In this document: piece by piece, positions 47,883 through 56,267 of the stretch
Position numbering within the stretch: the stretch's first letter is position 1
Layout of the letters: every line of letters starts with the position of its first letter
Position numbers and translations under genes: made by a program
Notes under the pieces: generated by a model
Database searches by the model: none
What the model was told of the DNA's origin: nothing
The model's input: the letters and a program-made list of their open reading frames with translations, nothing else
Assembly (NCBI GenBank): GCA_034101145.1
Contig: JAXEKG010000002.1
Location: 12,604-76,603, forward strand
Direction of reading: 5' to 3'
Origin: Eubacteriales bacterium
Lineage (GTDB): Bacteria; Bacillota; Clostridia; Oscillospirales; CAG-272
Length of the DNA: 64,000 nt

Positions 47883-48914
47883 ATGCCGGAATTTTTCCCT
47901 AAGATATATAAAAACGACATGATAAAAGATTTCATGCGTGACAGCATACTTGGGCATACCGTTTCGCACGCATATATCATTGAAGGTGCTAAAGGGTCGG
48001 GTAAGATGACCTTTGCACTGAATATCGCCGCCGCGCTCTCATGCAAAAATACCGAAAACGGTGAATGTGTTCCGTGCGGTAAGTGTGAGAGCTGTCAAAA
48101 GATACTTTCAGGAATGTCGACGGACGTTATGATTATTGATTCCGGCGCGAAAAGCAGTATCGGAATCGATGCCGTCCGAGCAATGAAAGACGACGTATAC
48201 CTCTCACCTACTGAGAACGAATATAAGATATATATAATTAAAGATGCGCAATTACTCACCGTGCAGGCGCAGAATGCACTTCTTAAAGTGCTCGAAGAGC
48301 CGCCCAAAAACACGGTTATGATGTTACTGTGCGAGGACGCTAAGAACATACTCATTACGGTGAAGAGCCGTTCAAGGCATATGCGTATGCAACTGTTCAC
48401 GCCGGAGGAAATCAAGGATTACGTTCTGAAAAATTCTTCCGTCGCACGTGAGATCAAGAGAAATTCAAGCGACAGATTTGACGCACTGGCAGAATGGGCG
48501 AACGGGAATATAGGTACGGCGCTCGACCTTTTATGTGAGGGAAAACTTACAGATATATTGGAACTGCGGACTCTGACAGATAAAATCATTGAAGCCGTCG
48601 TTTCCTCTCACGGTTTTTCTTCCATCTACGATGCTCTGATGAGCTTGCCGCAGAAGAGAAATGAGCTTTCCGAGATTTTCAGTTCTCTTTTGTATGCTTT
48701 GCGTGATATTTTCGTATTGAAAAAATCTTCATCTGCTCCGTTATGCTATTATTACAAACGTGATGAAGCCATAAAAACGGCACGTAAAATATCAATGTAT
48801 AAGCTATCGTCGATAATTACGCTTGCAGAAGAAGCGCAAACCAATCTATCGAAGAATGCAAACGTCAATTTGCTTATTGCAAAACTGTCAACAGATATAT
48901 ATAAGCTCGCATAA
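47883..48914 (+). CDS. holB: DNA polymerase III subunit delta prime
   Basis: HAYIIEGAKGSGK, Zn module CVPCGKCESCQKI, and LLKVLEEPP. Start at ATG 47883, with GGAGG 6 nt upstream. Confidence 0.88.
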   Translation: MPEFFPKIYKNDMIKDFMRDSILGHTVSHAYIIEGAKGSGKMTFALNIAAALSCKNTENGECVPCGKCESCQKILSGMSTDVMIIDSGAKSSIGIDAVRAMKDDVYLSPTENEYKIYIIKDAQLLTVQAQNALLKVLEEPPKNTVMMLLCEDAKNILITVKSRSRHMRMQLFTPEEIKDYVLKNSSVAREIKRNSSDRFDALAEWANGNIGTALDLLCEGKLTDILELRTLTDKIIEAVVSSHGFSSIYDALMSLPQKRNELSEIFSSLLYALRDIFVLKKSSSAPLCYYYKRDEAIKTARKISMYKLSSIITLAEEAQTNLSKNANVNLLIAKLSTDIYKLA

Positions 48915-48988
48915 ATGTGTGCTCGGAACGGCATACGCTGAATTATAAGGATTGAAAATACAAATCGGAAGGAATACCGAAATTTAAT

Positions 48989-50299
48989 ATGGATAACTAC
49001 AACGCAGAAAACAAACAGAGTGAATATATTGTCAATAAAAAAGAGCAAATAGCATCTGACAACGGCTCGGCAAACGTATCAGGACAATCACACCGAGGAA
49101 AGCGCAGACGCAACAAGCGCGGCTTTAATCACAACCGTCATCTTTCACAGGAAGATGCGAAAAACTTCACGGATGTAAACGAACAGCCCACCGATGATAA
49201 CTCCCAAAACGTTCAAAACATGAATAATACGAAAAACGTTTCTCAAAATGTTCATGGAAACCGTGAAAAACACAACAAACATAATCGCAGGGACCGCAGA
49301 TTTGCGCAGAAAAACGTCTCCGCACCTCCCGACGACGCAGACACCGTATGTGCGGAAATTACCGATGACGAGGCTTCCGCGCCGGCAACAACGGAAAACG
49401 TCGTGGCTGAAGAACCCACAGAAAAAACCGAAATCGTGGGAATTAATTTTCGCTCGGCAGGAAAGATTTATTATTTTGCCCCGGGCGAGTTTTCTCTCGG
49501 TATCGGCGACAAGGTAATAGTTGAGACCTCGCGCGGAACTGAAATGGGAGTTGTGAAGATAGCGAACAGATTCGTGGACACGAAGTCTATAGTCGCCCCA
49601 CTGCGTACCATCATCAGAAAAGCAACGGAAGACGATATAGAACGTGCAAAGGCAAACCGCGAACTCGAACAGAATGCACGTTTGATTTGCAAAAAGAAAA
49701 TTTCCGAGCATAATCTCGACATGCATCTTGTTGATGTTGAATATACCTTTGATAACAGCAAGCTGATATTCTACTTTACGAGTGAAGGCAGAGTTGATTT
49801 CCGTGACCTTGTAAAAGATTTGGCAAGTATATTCAAAACACGAATAGAACTGCGCCAAATAGGAATAAGAGATGAAACGAAAATGGTAGGCGGGCTCGGT
49901 GCCTGCGGAAGACCGTATTGCTGTTCGGAATTTCTCACCGACTTTGTTCAGGTCTCTATAAAAATGGCGAAGGAACAGAACTTCTCTCTTAATTCCGCGA
50001 AAATATCAGGCAGCTGCGGCAGACTTATGTGCTGTTTGCGTTATGAACACGAAGCATATGAAGAGGCTCTTCTGAAAACACCCCCGTGCGGCTCCGCCGT
50101 AAAAACGGCCGCAGGTACGGGTATAGTAGTAGAAACACGCCCTCTTCTCCACTTAATAAAAGTACGTATGGATGACAAAGCAGATAACCTGAAGCTGTTC
50201 GACATCAATGACGTTACGGTTATTAAATGCCAAAAAACCAAAAAAGATACTCAAAAACCGGAAAACACCGAAAATGACGAAGATACCTGCGATAATTGA
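48989..50299 (+). CDS. ricT: PSP1-domain protein, YaaT/RicT homologue, with about 150-aa low-complexity N-terminal extension
   Basis: The core is VGINFRSAGKIYYF...GDKVIVETSRG.EMG.V, with the Cys cluster GACGRPYCCSEFL...SGSCGRLMCCLRYEHE. The N-terminus is rich in Asn, Gln, His, Arg and Lys. Confidence 0.85.
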   Translation: MDNYNAENKQSEYIVNKKEQIASDNGSANVSGQSHRGKRRRNKRGFNHNRHLSQEDAKNFTDVNEQPTDDNSQNVQNMNNTKNVSQNVHGNREKHNKHNRRDRRFAQKNVSAPPDDADTVCAEITDDEASAPATTENVVAEEPTEKTEIVGINFRSAGKIYYFAPGEFSLGIGDKVIVETSRGTEMGVVKIANRFVDTKSIVAPLRTIIRKATEDDIERAKANRELEQNARLICKKKISEHNLDMHLVDVEYTFDNSKLIFYFTSEGRVDFRDLVKDLASIFKTRIELRQIGIRDETKMVGGLGACGRPYCCSEFLTDFVQVSIKMAKEQNFSLNSAKISGSCGRLMCCLRYEHEAYEEALLKTPPCGSAVKTAAGTGIVVETRPLLHLIKVRMDDKADNLKLFDINDVTVIKCQKTKKDTQKPENTENDEDTCDN

Positions 50300-50360
50300 C
50301 ATTTTCGGGGCTTTATCCGAGGTTTTCAAACATACATCGTCAATATTTTTGAAAAAACTA

Positions 50361-50388
50361 TTGATTTTTAGAAATTATGTGTTACAAT
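50361..50388 (+). promoter_or_regulatory. Candidate promoter for the ferredoxin gene
   Basis: TTGATT (50361-50366), a 16-nt spacer, then TACAAT (50383-50388) preceded by TGTGT. Confidence 0.45.
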
Positions 50389-50419
50389 ACACATAGAAAT
50401 AATACTTGGAGGTGTAACA

Positions 50420-50593
50420 ATGGCTTATAAAATTTCTGACGATTGCATCGCCTGCGGTTCCTGTGAGGGTGAGTGCCCCGTTGGCTGTATCAGCGAGGGA
50501 GATGGCAAGTACGTTATCGACGCTGACGAATGCATCGAATGCGGAACTTGTGCAGATGTTTGCCCTGTAGGCGCTCCTGCAAAGGAAGACTGA
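50420..50593 (+). CDS. fdx: Clostridial-type 2x[4Fe-4S] ferredoxin, 57 aa (below the ORF-track cutoff)
   Basis: MAYKISDDCIACGSCEGECPVGCISEGDGKYVIDADECIECGTCADVCPVGAPAKED. Two CxxCxxCxxxCP motifs. RBS GGAGG 7 nt upstream. Terminator follows. Confidence 0.88.
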   Translation: MAYKISDDCIACGSCEGECPVGCISEGDGKYVIDADECIECGTCADVCPVGAPAKED

Positions 50594-50613
50594 TTCTTTA
50601 ATACATAAAGATT

Positions 50614-50642
50614 GCGGAGCTGATTTACAACTCCGCTTTTTT
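50614..50642 (+). terminator. Intrinsic terminator after the ferredoxin gene
   Basis: GCGGAG-11 nt-CTCCGC followed by TTTTTT. Confidence 0.75.
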
Positions 50643-50707
50643 ATAACCTATCGTAAGAAAACTCCAAAACGCATATATAACGATATTAAAATACATGGAA
50701 CAATTAT

Positions 50708-51478
50708 ATGGAAGAAAATATTCTGAGAGACAAGAACGAACGCCTTGACACTGTTAATTACGATATCAAAATAATTCAGAGAAACGACGGGCTTACATAC
50801 GGCACCGACGCACTTTTGCTTGCCGCATACGTAAAGGCTGAACCGCAAGCACGCGCTCTTGAACTCGGCGGCGGAAGCGGTATCGTATCATTTCTTTTGG
50901 CGACTCGCAAAAAGGTCTCCCATATAGATTGTTGTGAGGTGCAGCCAACCTATGCCGACATAATAAGGCGCAACGTCGAAATCAACAATCTTTCACGTTT
51001 TGTTTCCGTTACAGAATGCGATGTGCGCAGCCTCTCGGAGCACTTCCCGAATCATTCGTTCGATATAGTCTTCTCTAATCCTCCATATATGAAGAAAGAC
51101 TCCGGCAAATCAAACGAAACTGAACTTAAAAATATTTCAAGGCACGAGATTTTCGGAGGGATAGACGACTTTGTCGGCACAGCATCCGACATGCTTCGCT
51201 TCGGAGGCAAGTTTTATTGCGTATACCGCCCAGACAGACTCGAGGACCTTATGTTTTCAATGAGAAAACACGCTCTTGAACCTAAAAGTATGACGTTCGT
51301 TTCCGCAAATTCCAACGCAAAGCCGTCAATGGTACTCGTAGCGGCGAGCGCCGGCGGAAAATGTTCTATGAATGTAACAAAAAACCTATTTATATATAAA
51401 TACGGCGCTGATGAAATGTCTGAGGACTGTAAATATATTTACGATAACGGAAATTTCCCCGACAGCTTCAGAAAATAA
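50708..51478 (+). CDS. SAM-dependent methyltransferase, YabB/YfiC (tRNA m6A37 TrmN6)-like
   Basis: LELGGGSGIVS SAM-binding motif and the NPPY catalytic motif (VFSNPPYMK). Confidence 0.78.
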   Translation: MEENILRDKNERLDTVNYDIKIIQRNDGLTYGTDALLLAAYVKAEPQARALELGGGSGIVSFLLATRKKVSHIDCCEVQPTYADIIRRNVEINNLSRFVSVTECDVRSLSEHFPNHSFDIVFSNPPYMKKDSGKSNETELKNISRHEIFGGIDDFVGTASDMLRFGGKFYCVYRPDRLEDLMFSMRKHALEPKSMTFVSANSNAKPSMVLVAASAGGKCSMNVTKNLFIYKYGADEMSEDCKYIYDNGNFPDSFRK

Positions 51479-51528
51479 TACAGTATTCATCGAAAATCAA
51501 TAAATTTCTACGTCACGGAGACACAGTT

Positions 51529-52431
51529 ATGGGAAGCATAAAGGATACCGTAAAGAAATCGAGTGGGAAAAATATGATAGAGGCAGGGACCCTATACCTT
51601 GTAGCCACCCCTATCGGCAATCTTTCAGACATAACGGAACGTGCCCTGAAAGCACTCAGAGACGTTGACTTTGTGGCTGCAGAGGACACGAGAAATACGG
51701 GTAAACTACTCGCGTACTTCGGAATCAAAAAAGAACTCGTCAGCTATTTTGAACACAATAAAAGACAGCGCGGTGAGGTTATTGTAAACAGGCTTAAAAA
51801 CGGGGAATCCTGCGCTCTCGTAACCGATGCGGGCATGCCTGCCGTGAGCGACCCCGGGGAGGATTTAGTACGCCTCTGCGCAGAGGAGGGAATACGGGTA
51901 AGCTGTATTCCGGGAGCATGTGCGGCTGTAACCGCTCTTGCACTTTCCGCACTCGCCACGGGACGTTTCGCCTTTGAAGGATTTCTCTCTGCCGCAAAGA
52001 ATGAAAGGCACAAACGTCTCCAAGAAGTAAAACATGAGAAACGCACGTTGATTTTCTACGAAGCACCGCACCATCTGCTCGAAACGCTCTCGGATTTCGA
52101 AAAAACCTTTGGCAAAGACCGTAAAATTTCTCTTTGCCGTGAGCTTACAAAGATAAATGAAGAGGTTTTCCGCACGACTATTTCCGGCGCAATAGAGGAA
52201 TTTACAAGCAGAGCGCCGAGAGGCGAATTTGTCATCGTTATCGAGGGTGAAGCCGAACATGGAAAAACCGACGACGAATATGATAATCCCCTCTGCTCTC
52301 TGAGTTTAGCCGAGCATCTTCAACACTATCTGGATGAAGGACAAAGCAAGATGGATGCAATCAAGTCCGTCGCAAAAGACCGAAAAACCGCAAAAAGTGA
52401 AATATACAGAGAAATAAACGCAAAAAACTGA
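51529..52431 (+). CDS. rsmI: 16S rRNA (cytidine1402-2'-O)-methyltransferase
   Basis: GTLYLVATPIGNLSDIT, DTRNT, VTDAGMPAVSDPG, FYEAPHH. Confidence 0.92.
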   Translation: MGSIKDTVKKSSGKNMIEAGTLYLVATPIGNLSDITERALKALRDVDFVAAEDTRNTGKLLAYFGIKKELVSYFEHNKRQRGEVIVNRLKNGESCALVTDAGMPAVSDPGEDLVRLCAEEGIRVSCIPGACAAVTALALSALATGRFAFEGFLSAAKNERHKRLQEVKHEKRTLIFYEAPHHLLETLSDFEKTFGKDRKISLCRELTKINEEVFRTTISGAIEEFTSRAPRGEFVIVIEGEAEHGKTDDEYDNPLCSLSLAEHLQHYLDEGQSKMDAIKSVAKDRKTAKSEIYREINAKN

Positions 52432-52531
52432 TAACATAATACGCAGAAAAGGTCGGATTCACAAAGAGGTATGTATGTACCCCTATTGCATATTCCGACC
52501 TTTATTGTGTTTTGATATATATTGCGATACG

Positions 52532-53881
52532 TCAGATATCGGTATTTACATCACCGATGAAAGCACCGTTGTCGATAAGCTTCTTGTGCAGTTTCTTCAC
52601 ATCTATATCGTGCGTGCATACATTATCGGATATGATTATCGATGCGGCAGTTCCCGCAGCTTCTCCGAGCGATGCACACGTCGGCATTATTCTGAGCGAG
52701 GATTGGGCCTGATGAGTTGCGCTTACACATCTTCCTGCAACCAACATATTGTCAAACCCAATCGGGCAAAGAGTGCGGTACGGTATCGTATAATAATCGC
52801 CCGGTTTTACACATCCTCCGCCACTGCCGTATCCCGAACCGTCGGGATTGTGTATATCCATAAAGTAGTTGCACGCGGCAATGCCGTCTGAGAATTTTCT
52901 TCCCTCTCTTATATCCTCGGCGGTAAGAGTATAGTCACCCACTATCATTCGGCTCTCTCTGCAACCAATCATAGGCGCAGTCATAACCAAATCCGCACTT
53001 CGGCATGATTTCGCATTTTCTTTAAGGAAGGTAAAGAGTTCAAGAGCCTGTTCTCTTCCCTCTTTCTCCGCCTTTGATACCGAGAAGGGGTCGCACGGAT
53101 TTAGTTTAATTACTCTTGTAGAATTCAGATGAAGTATGTCGGGGCTTACGTTCGCAAATGCAAGGATGTTTTCCCTGCAATTGCGTATTTTACCCGCACT
53201 TTTCAGTTCTCGGAATTTCGCATTAAGCGTTGGAAGCTCATTTTTGAACGTTTGAATATCGACGTGATTCATACGGAAGCACATAGTCATGGGCTGGCAT
53301 ATACTGTCACTATCACGTCCTGTTTTTGTCATAGCGCCGCACATATGAGCCAAATTTGCATCTCCCGTAGCGTCAATAAATACATTGGCATAGAAAGTGT
53401 ATTTATCTCCGAAAGCGCAGAACGTAACGCTCTTGACATCTCTTCCGTCCGTCTCTGCCTCACATAGGTCCGCATGAAGAAGTACGTCGACTCCGCTTTC
53501 CTCCATCATTCTGTCAAGCAGAATTTTCAAGCTCTCCTCGCTGAACATAACACATAAATCGCCGGGTGTCATCGGATTATCATATATTCCGTATCCGTAG
53601 ATTCCATCATTATTCAGCCTGTCAAGTATTTCCGTAAAAATACCCGAATTCAGTGTAAGTATTTTGTCCATTCCATCGGGAAGCTTCTGTTTATTTCCGT
53701 CATCATCGTACAAATTCATCGAATGAGGCATGAAAGGATTAACGAGGAAATTTCCCGCAGCCCCTCCGAGAAATCCGCTCTTCTCAGCGAGCAGAACTTT
53801 TTTACCGTCTCTTGCCGCCGCAAGTGCTGCCGCACAACCGGAAAAACCTCCACCCACAACTATAATATCAAATTTTTCCAT
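52532..53881 (-). CDS. FAD-dependent oxidoreductase (PF12831-like)
   Basis: FDIIVVGGGFSGCAAALAAARDGKKVLLAEK Rossmann N-terminus. Start moved to ATG 53881. Confidence 0.8.
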   Translation of the reverse strand: MEKFDIIVVGGGFSGCAAALAAARDGKKVLLAEKSGFLGGAAGNFLVNPFMPHSMNLYDDDGNKQKLPDGMDKILTLNSGIFTEILDRLNNDGIYGYGIYDNPMTPGDLCVMFSEESLKILLDRMMEESGVDVLLHADLCEAETDGRDVKSVTFCAFGDKYTFYANVFIDATGDANLAHMCGAMTKTGRDSDSICQPMTMCFRMNHVDIQTFKNELPTLNAKFRELKSAGKIRNCRENILAFANVSPDILHLNSTRVIKLNPCDPFSVSKAEKEGREQALELFTFLKENAKSCRSADLVMTAPMIGCRESRMIVGDYTLTAEDIREGRKFSDGIAACNYFMDIHNPDGSGYGSGGGCVKPGDYYTIPYRTLCPIGFDNMLVAGRCVSATHQAQSSLRIMPTCASLGEAAGTAASIIISDNVCTHDIDVKKLHKKLIDNGAFIGDVNTDI

Positions 53882-53947
53882 AATCAAATACCTATAAGAT
53901 AAAAAGCCGAAATACAATACAACCCCGGCTTTTGATTAATAAATCAA

Positions 53948-54181
53948 TTATTTTACAATAAACTTCGAGAGCTTTTCTTCAAGCGCTCCGGTATCACCGT
54001 CCGAATGAACTGTAACCTTAATAGGACTTAGTAAATCAAGACTGAATATGCCCATTATTGACTTTGCATCGACAACATATCTGCCGGATGTAAGGTCAAT
54101 ATCAAAGTCAGTGGTGCTGACGGCGTTTACAAAATCGCGTACGTCCTGAATAGTATTTAGTCTTATGTAGAAAGTTTTCAT
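53948..54181 (-). CDS. HPr-fold protein lacking the His15 phosphorylation site (Crh-like)
   Basis: VVDAKSIMGIFSLDL aligns with the HPr Ser46 block (VNLKSIMGVMSLG). The His15 position reads TIQDVRD (Gln). RBS AAGGAG. Confidence 0.7.
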   Translation of the reverse strand: MKTFYIRLNTIQDVRDFVNAVSTTDFDIDLTSGRYVVDAKSIMGIFSLDLLSPIKVTVHSDGDTGALEEKLSKFIVK

Positions 54182-54353
54182 TTTTTGTCTCCTTTAATAC
54201 GTTTATTTTTGTACAAAGCTTTATATACAAATAAATTATACATAAAACCAATCGTCTTGTCAATAAAAATGCAGAATTTAACTTTTGCCGACATATCGAC
54301 AAATTTTTCTGTGCATAATAAACTTTGAATAAAGAAAATCCTGAGAGGATATT

Positions 54354-55250
54354 ATGAAAATTACGAGAAAAATTATTGCCGAATATATTTTTATAATAAT
54401 ATGCGCCGTACTGACAACATTCAACTATCTGTTTTTTATAGTCAATAATCGTTTTGCTCCGGCAGGTATCAGCGGTATTCTGACAATAATACAGTATAAG
54501 ACCGGCATAAGTCTTGGTCTTATGACGCTAATCGTAAACATACCTCTCTGTGCCATTGCCTTTTTCGTTATAGAACGCGAATTTGCCGCGAAATCCCTTG
54601 TATTTTGCCTTGCGGACGGTATAAGCTACATGCTGTTTCAAAAAGTTGACCTCTCCTCATTTGCTTATAATGCAAACGGAGTCGATACCGTCCTTCCCGT
54701 GCTCATCGCAGGTACCGTCAGCGGCGTTATATACGGCTGTCTTTTCAAAATAAACGGCTCTACGGGAGGAGTGGATATAATAGCTAAAATGATAGATAAA
54801 AAGATACCGTATTTCAGCTTTATATGGATAATATTTATCCTTAACGCCATAGTGGCTGCTATTTCCTACTTTGTGTACTATGATGTTACGGACACGGGCA
54901 AAATAATTTATAATTTCAAGCCTGTCGCCCTATGTATTCTATATAATTTCATGTCAAGTAAGGTGAGCAATTCCATGCTGAACGGCAGTAAAAGCGCTGT
55001 AAAAATTGAGATAATAACCACACGTCCGAAAGAAATTACAGAGGCAATTATTAATAAAATAGAGCGCGGCGTCACGATGATAAAGGCAGTCGGTGCCTAT
55101 TCAAATTCTGACAAAACAATACTTGTCTGCGTAGTATCACGTCACCAAATGATAGAATGTCAGAATATAATACACGAATATGGGGATACGTTCGCCTACA
55201 TTTCAAGCGTCTCAGAGGTGTTCGGTAACTTTTCTCAGAAATCCTTCTGA
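54354..55250 (+). CDS. YitT family membrane protein (DUF2179 C-terminal domain)
   Basis: Five or six TM helices with GGVDI, then a soluble C-terminus (TRPKEITEAIINKIERGVTMIKAVGAYS). Confidence 0.85.
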   Translation: MKITRKIIAEYIFIIICAVLTTFNYLFFIVNNRFAPAGISGILTIIQYKTGISLGLMTLIVNIPLCAIAFFVIEREFAAKSLVFCLADGISYMLFQKVDLSSFAYNANGVDTVLPVLIAGTVSGVIYGCLFKINGSTGGVDIIAKMIDKKIPYFSFIWIIFILNAIVAAISYFVYYDVTDTGKIIYNFKPVALCILYNFMSSKVSNSMLNGSKSAVKIEIITTRPKEITEAIINKIERGVTMIKAVGAYSNSDKTILVCVVSRHQMIECQNIIHEYGDTFAYISSVSEVFGNFSQKSF

Positions 55251-55540
55251 TTTTCAAATTTATTACAAAGTAACCTTCCTCATTATTACCTCCTTTGTGA
55301 GAACAACAGCGGACTGAGAGAAAACCCCTCAATCTGCTTCCTCACTCAAAGGCAAAAATATAAGCCTTGTTTTTGAAAGTTCACAAAATAATTGAATCTG
55401 TTATGTACTCGCAAGTATCACCTTTTAGAACCAAAAGTGAAATAGTTGCAATCGACTCAGTCGTTAAAGGTTTCGGGAATAGTCCTGACAAGTGCCGTGG
55501 TATCACAACGGCGATGCTTGCCGGTATACATCTTTTATCG

Positions 55541-56262
55541 CTATTTACTTTTCTCGTATTTCTTCATTTTCTTAAATGAAATGTCAGATTGAGAGTTTGC
55601 ACAACCGTACTCAAAGTTAAATTCACAGTCGTTTTCGCCTTCGCCCCAACGCATACAAAGAACTGTACTACCGTCAAGAATAAACTCATATTTTATTACG
55701 TTTACGGTCTTAGTCGTGCGAATACCGTCGGCGTTATATGTATATGCTACGTTATCATTTACGGAGGCAAGTATTCTTCCGTTTATCCATGAAAATACCA
55801 TGCCGTCGCGGTAATTAAGAGGATTGCCCTGTCATCTATGAACCATCTTGTCGCCGTCGTACGAATAATTGATTACACTTATAGGGGACCCGAGGTTATC
55901 CGACGTAACATATTTACATATCTGCAGGATATTTCCGCCGTTGTCATACTCATAAGTGTATGAATAATCAACACTACCCCTGAAATCATCAACTCGTGAT
56001 AACTGACCCGGAGAATCGTAATAATACTCAAACATCATAGCGTTATTACGACACACCGTTTTTATGCGTGACATGTTGCCATAAGTTTAAGTATACGAAT
56101 CGGAAAGAGTCTTCCGTCTTTATCATACGTATACGAGAGGGGTGACCTCGACGCTGTCTCCGTCGGTCATACCGTAACCGAAATGAAGTTTTCTCCCATA
56201 GCATCGTAGGTATATTCAACAGTCATTACGCCGGATGATATAATATTGCCGTGATTTAACGT
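55541..56262 (-). pseudogene. Decayed fragment of an RHS/YD-repeat (polymorphic-toxin core) gene
   Basis: Minus-strand YD-repeat peptides sit in at least three frames: VEYTYDAMGENF, YTYDKDGRLF, YYYDSPGQLSRVDDF, YSYTYEYDNGGNI, INYSYDGDKM and AYTYNADGIRTTK. An in-frame TGA lies at 55832-55834, and stops or frameshifts occur in 56075-56262. There is no N-terminal domain, no start and no C-terminal toxin motif. Confidence 0.65.
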
Positions 56263-56267
56263 AATTT

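Noticed and set aside
55367-55579. 70-aa plus-strand ORF (TTG start) between yitT and the RHS fragment, and tiny minus-strand ORFs there (MYTGKHRRCDTTALVRTIPETFND and MRKVTL after a GGAGG)
   Set aside because: The 70-aa ORF has no convincing RBS and partly overlaps the RHS remnant antisense. The small ORFs are too short to support as immunity genes without comparative data.
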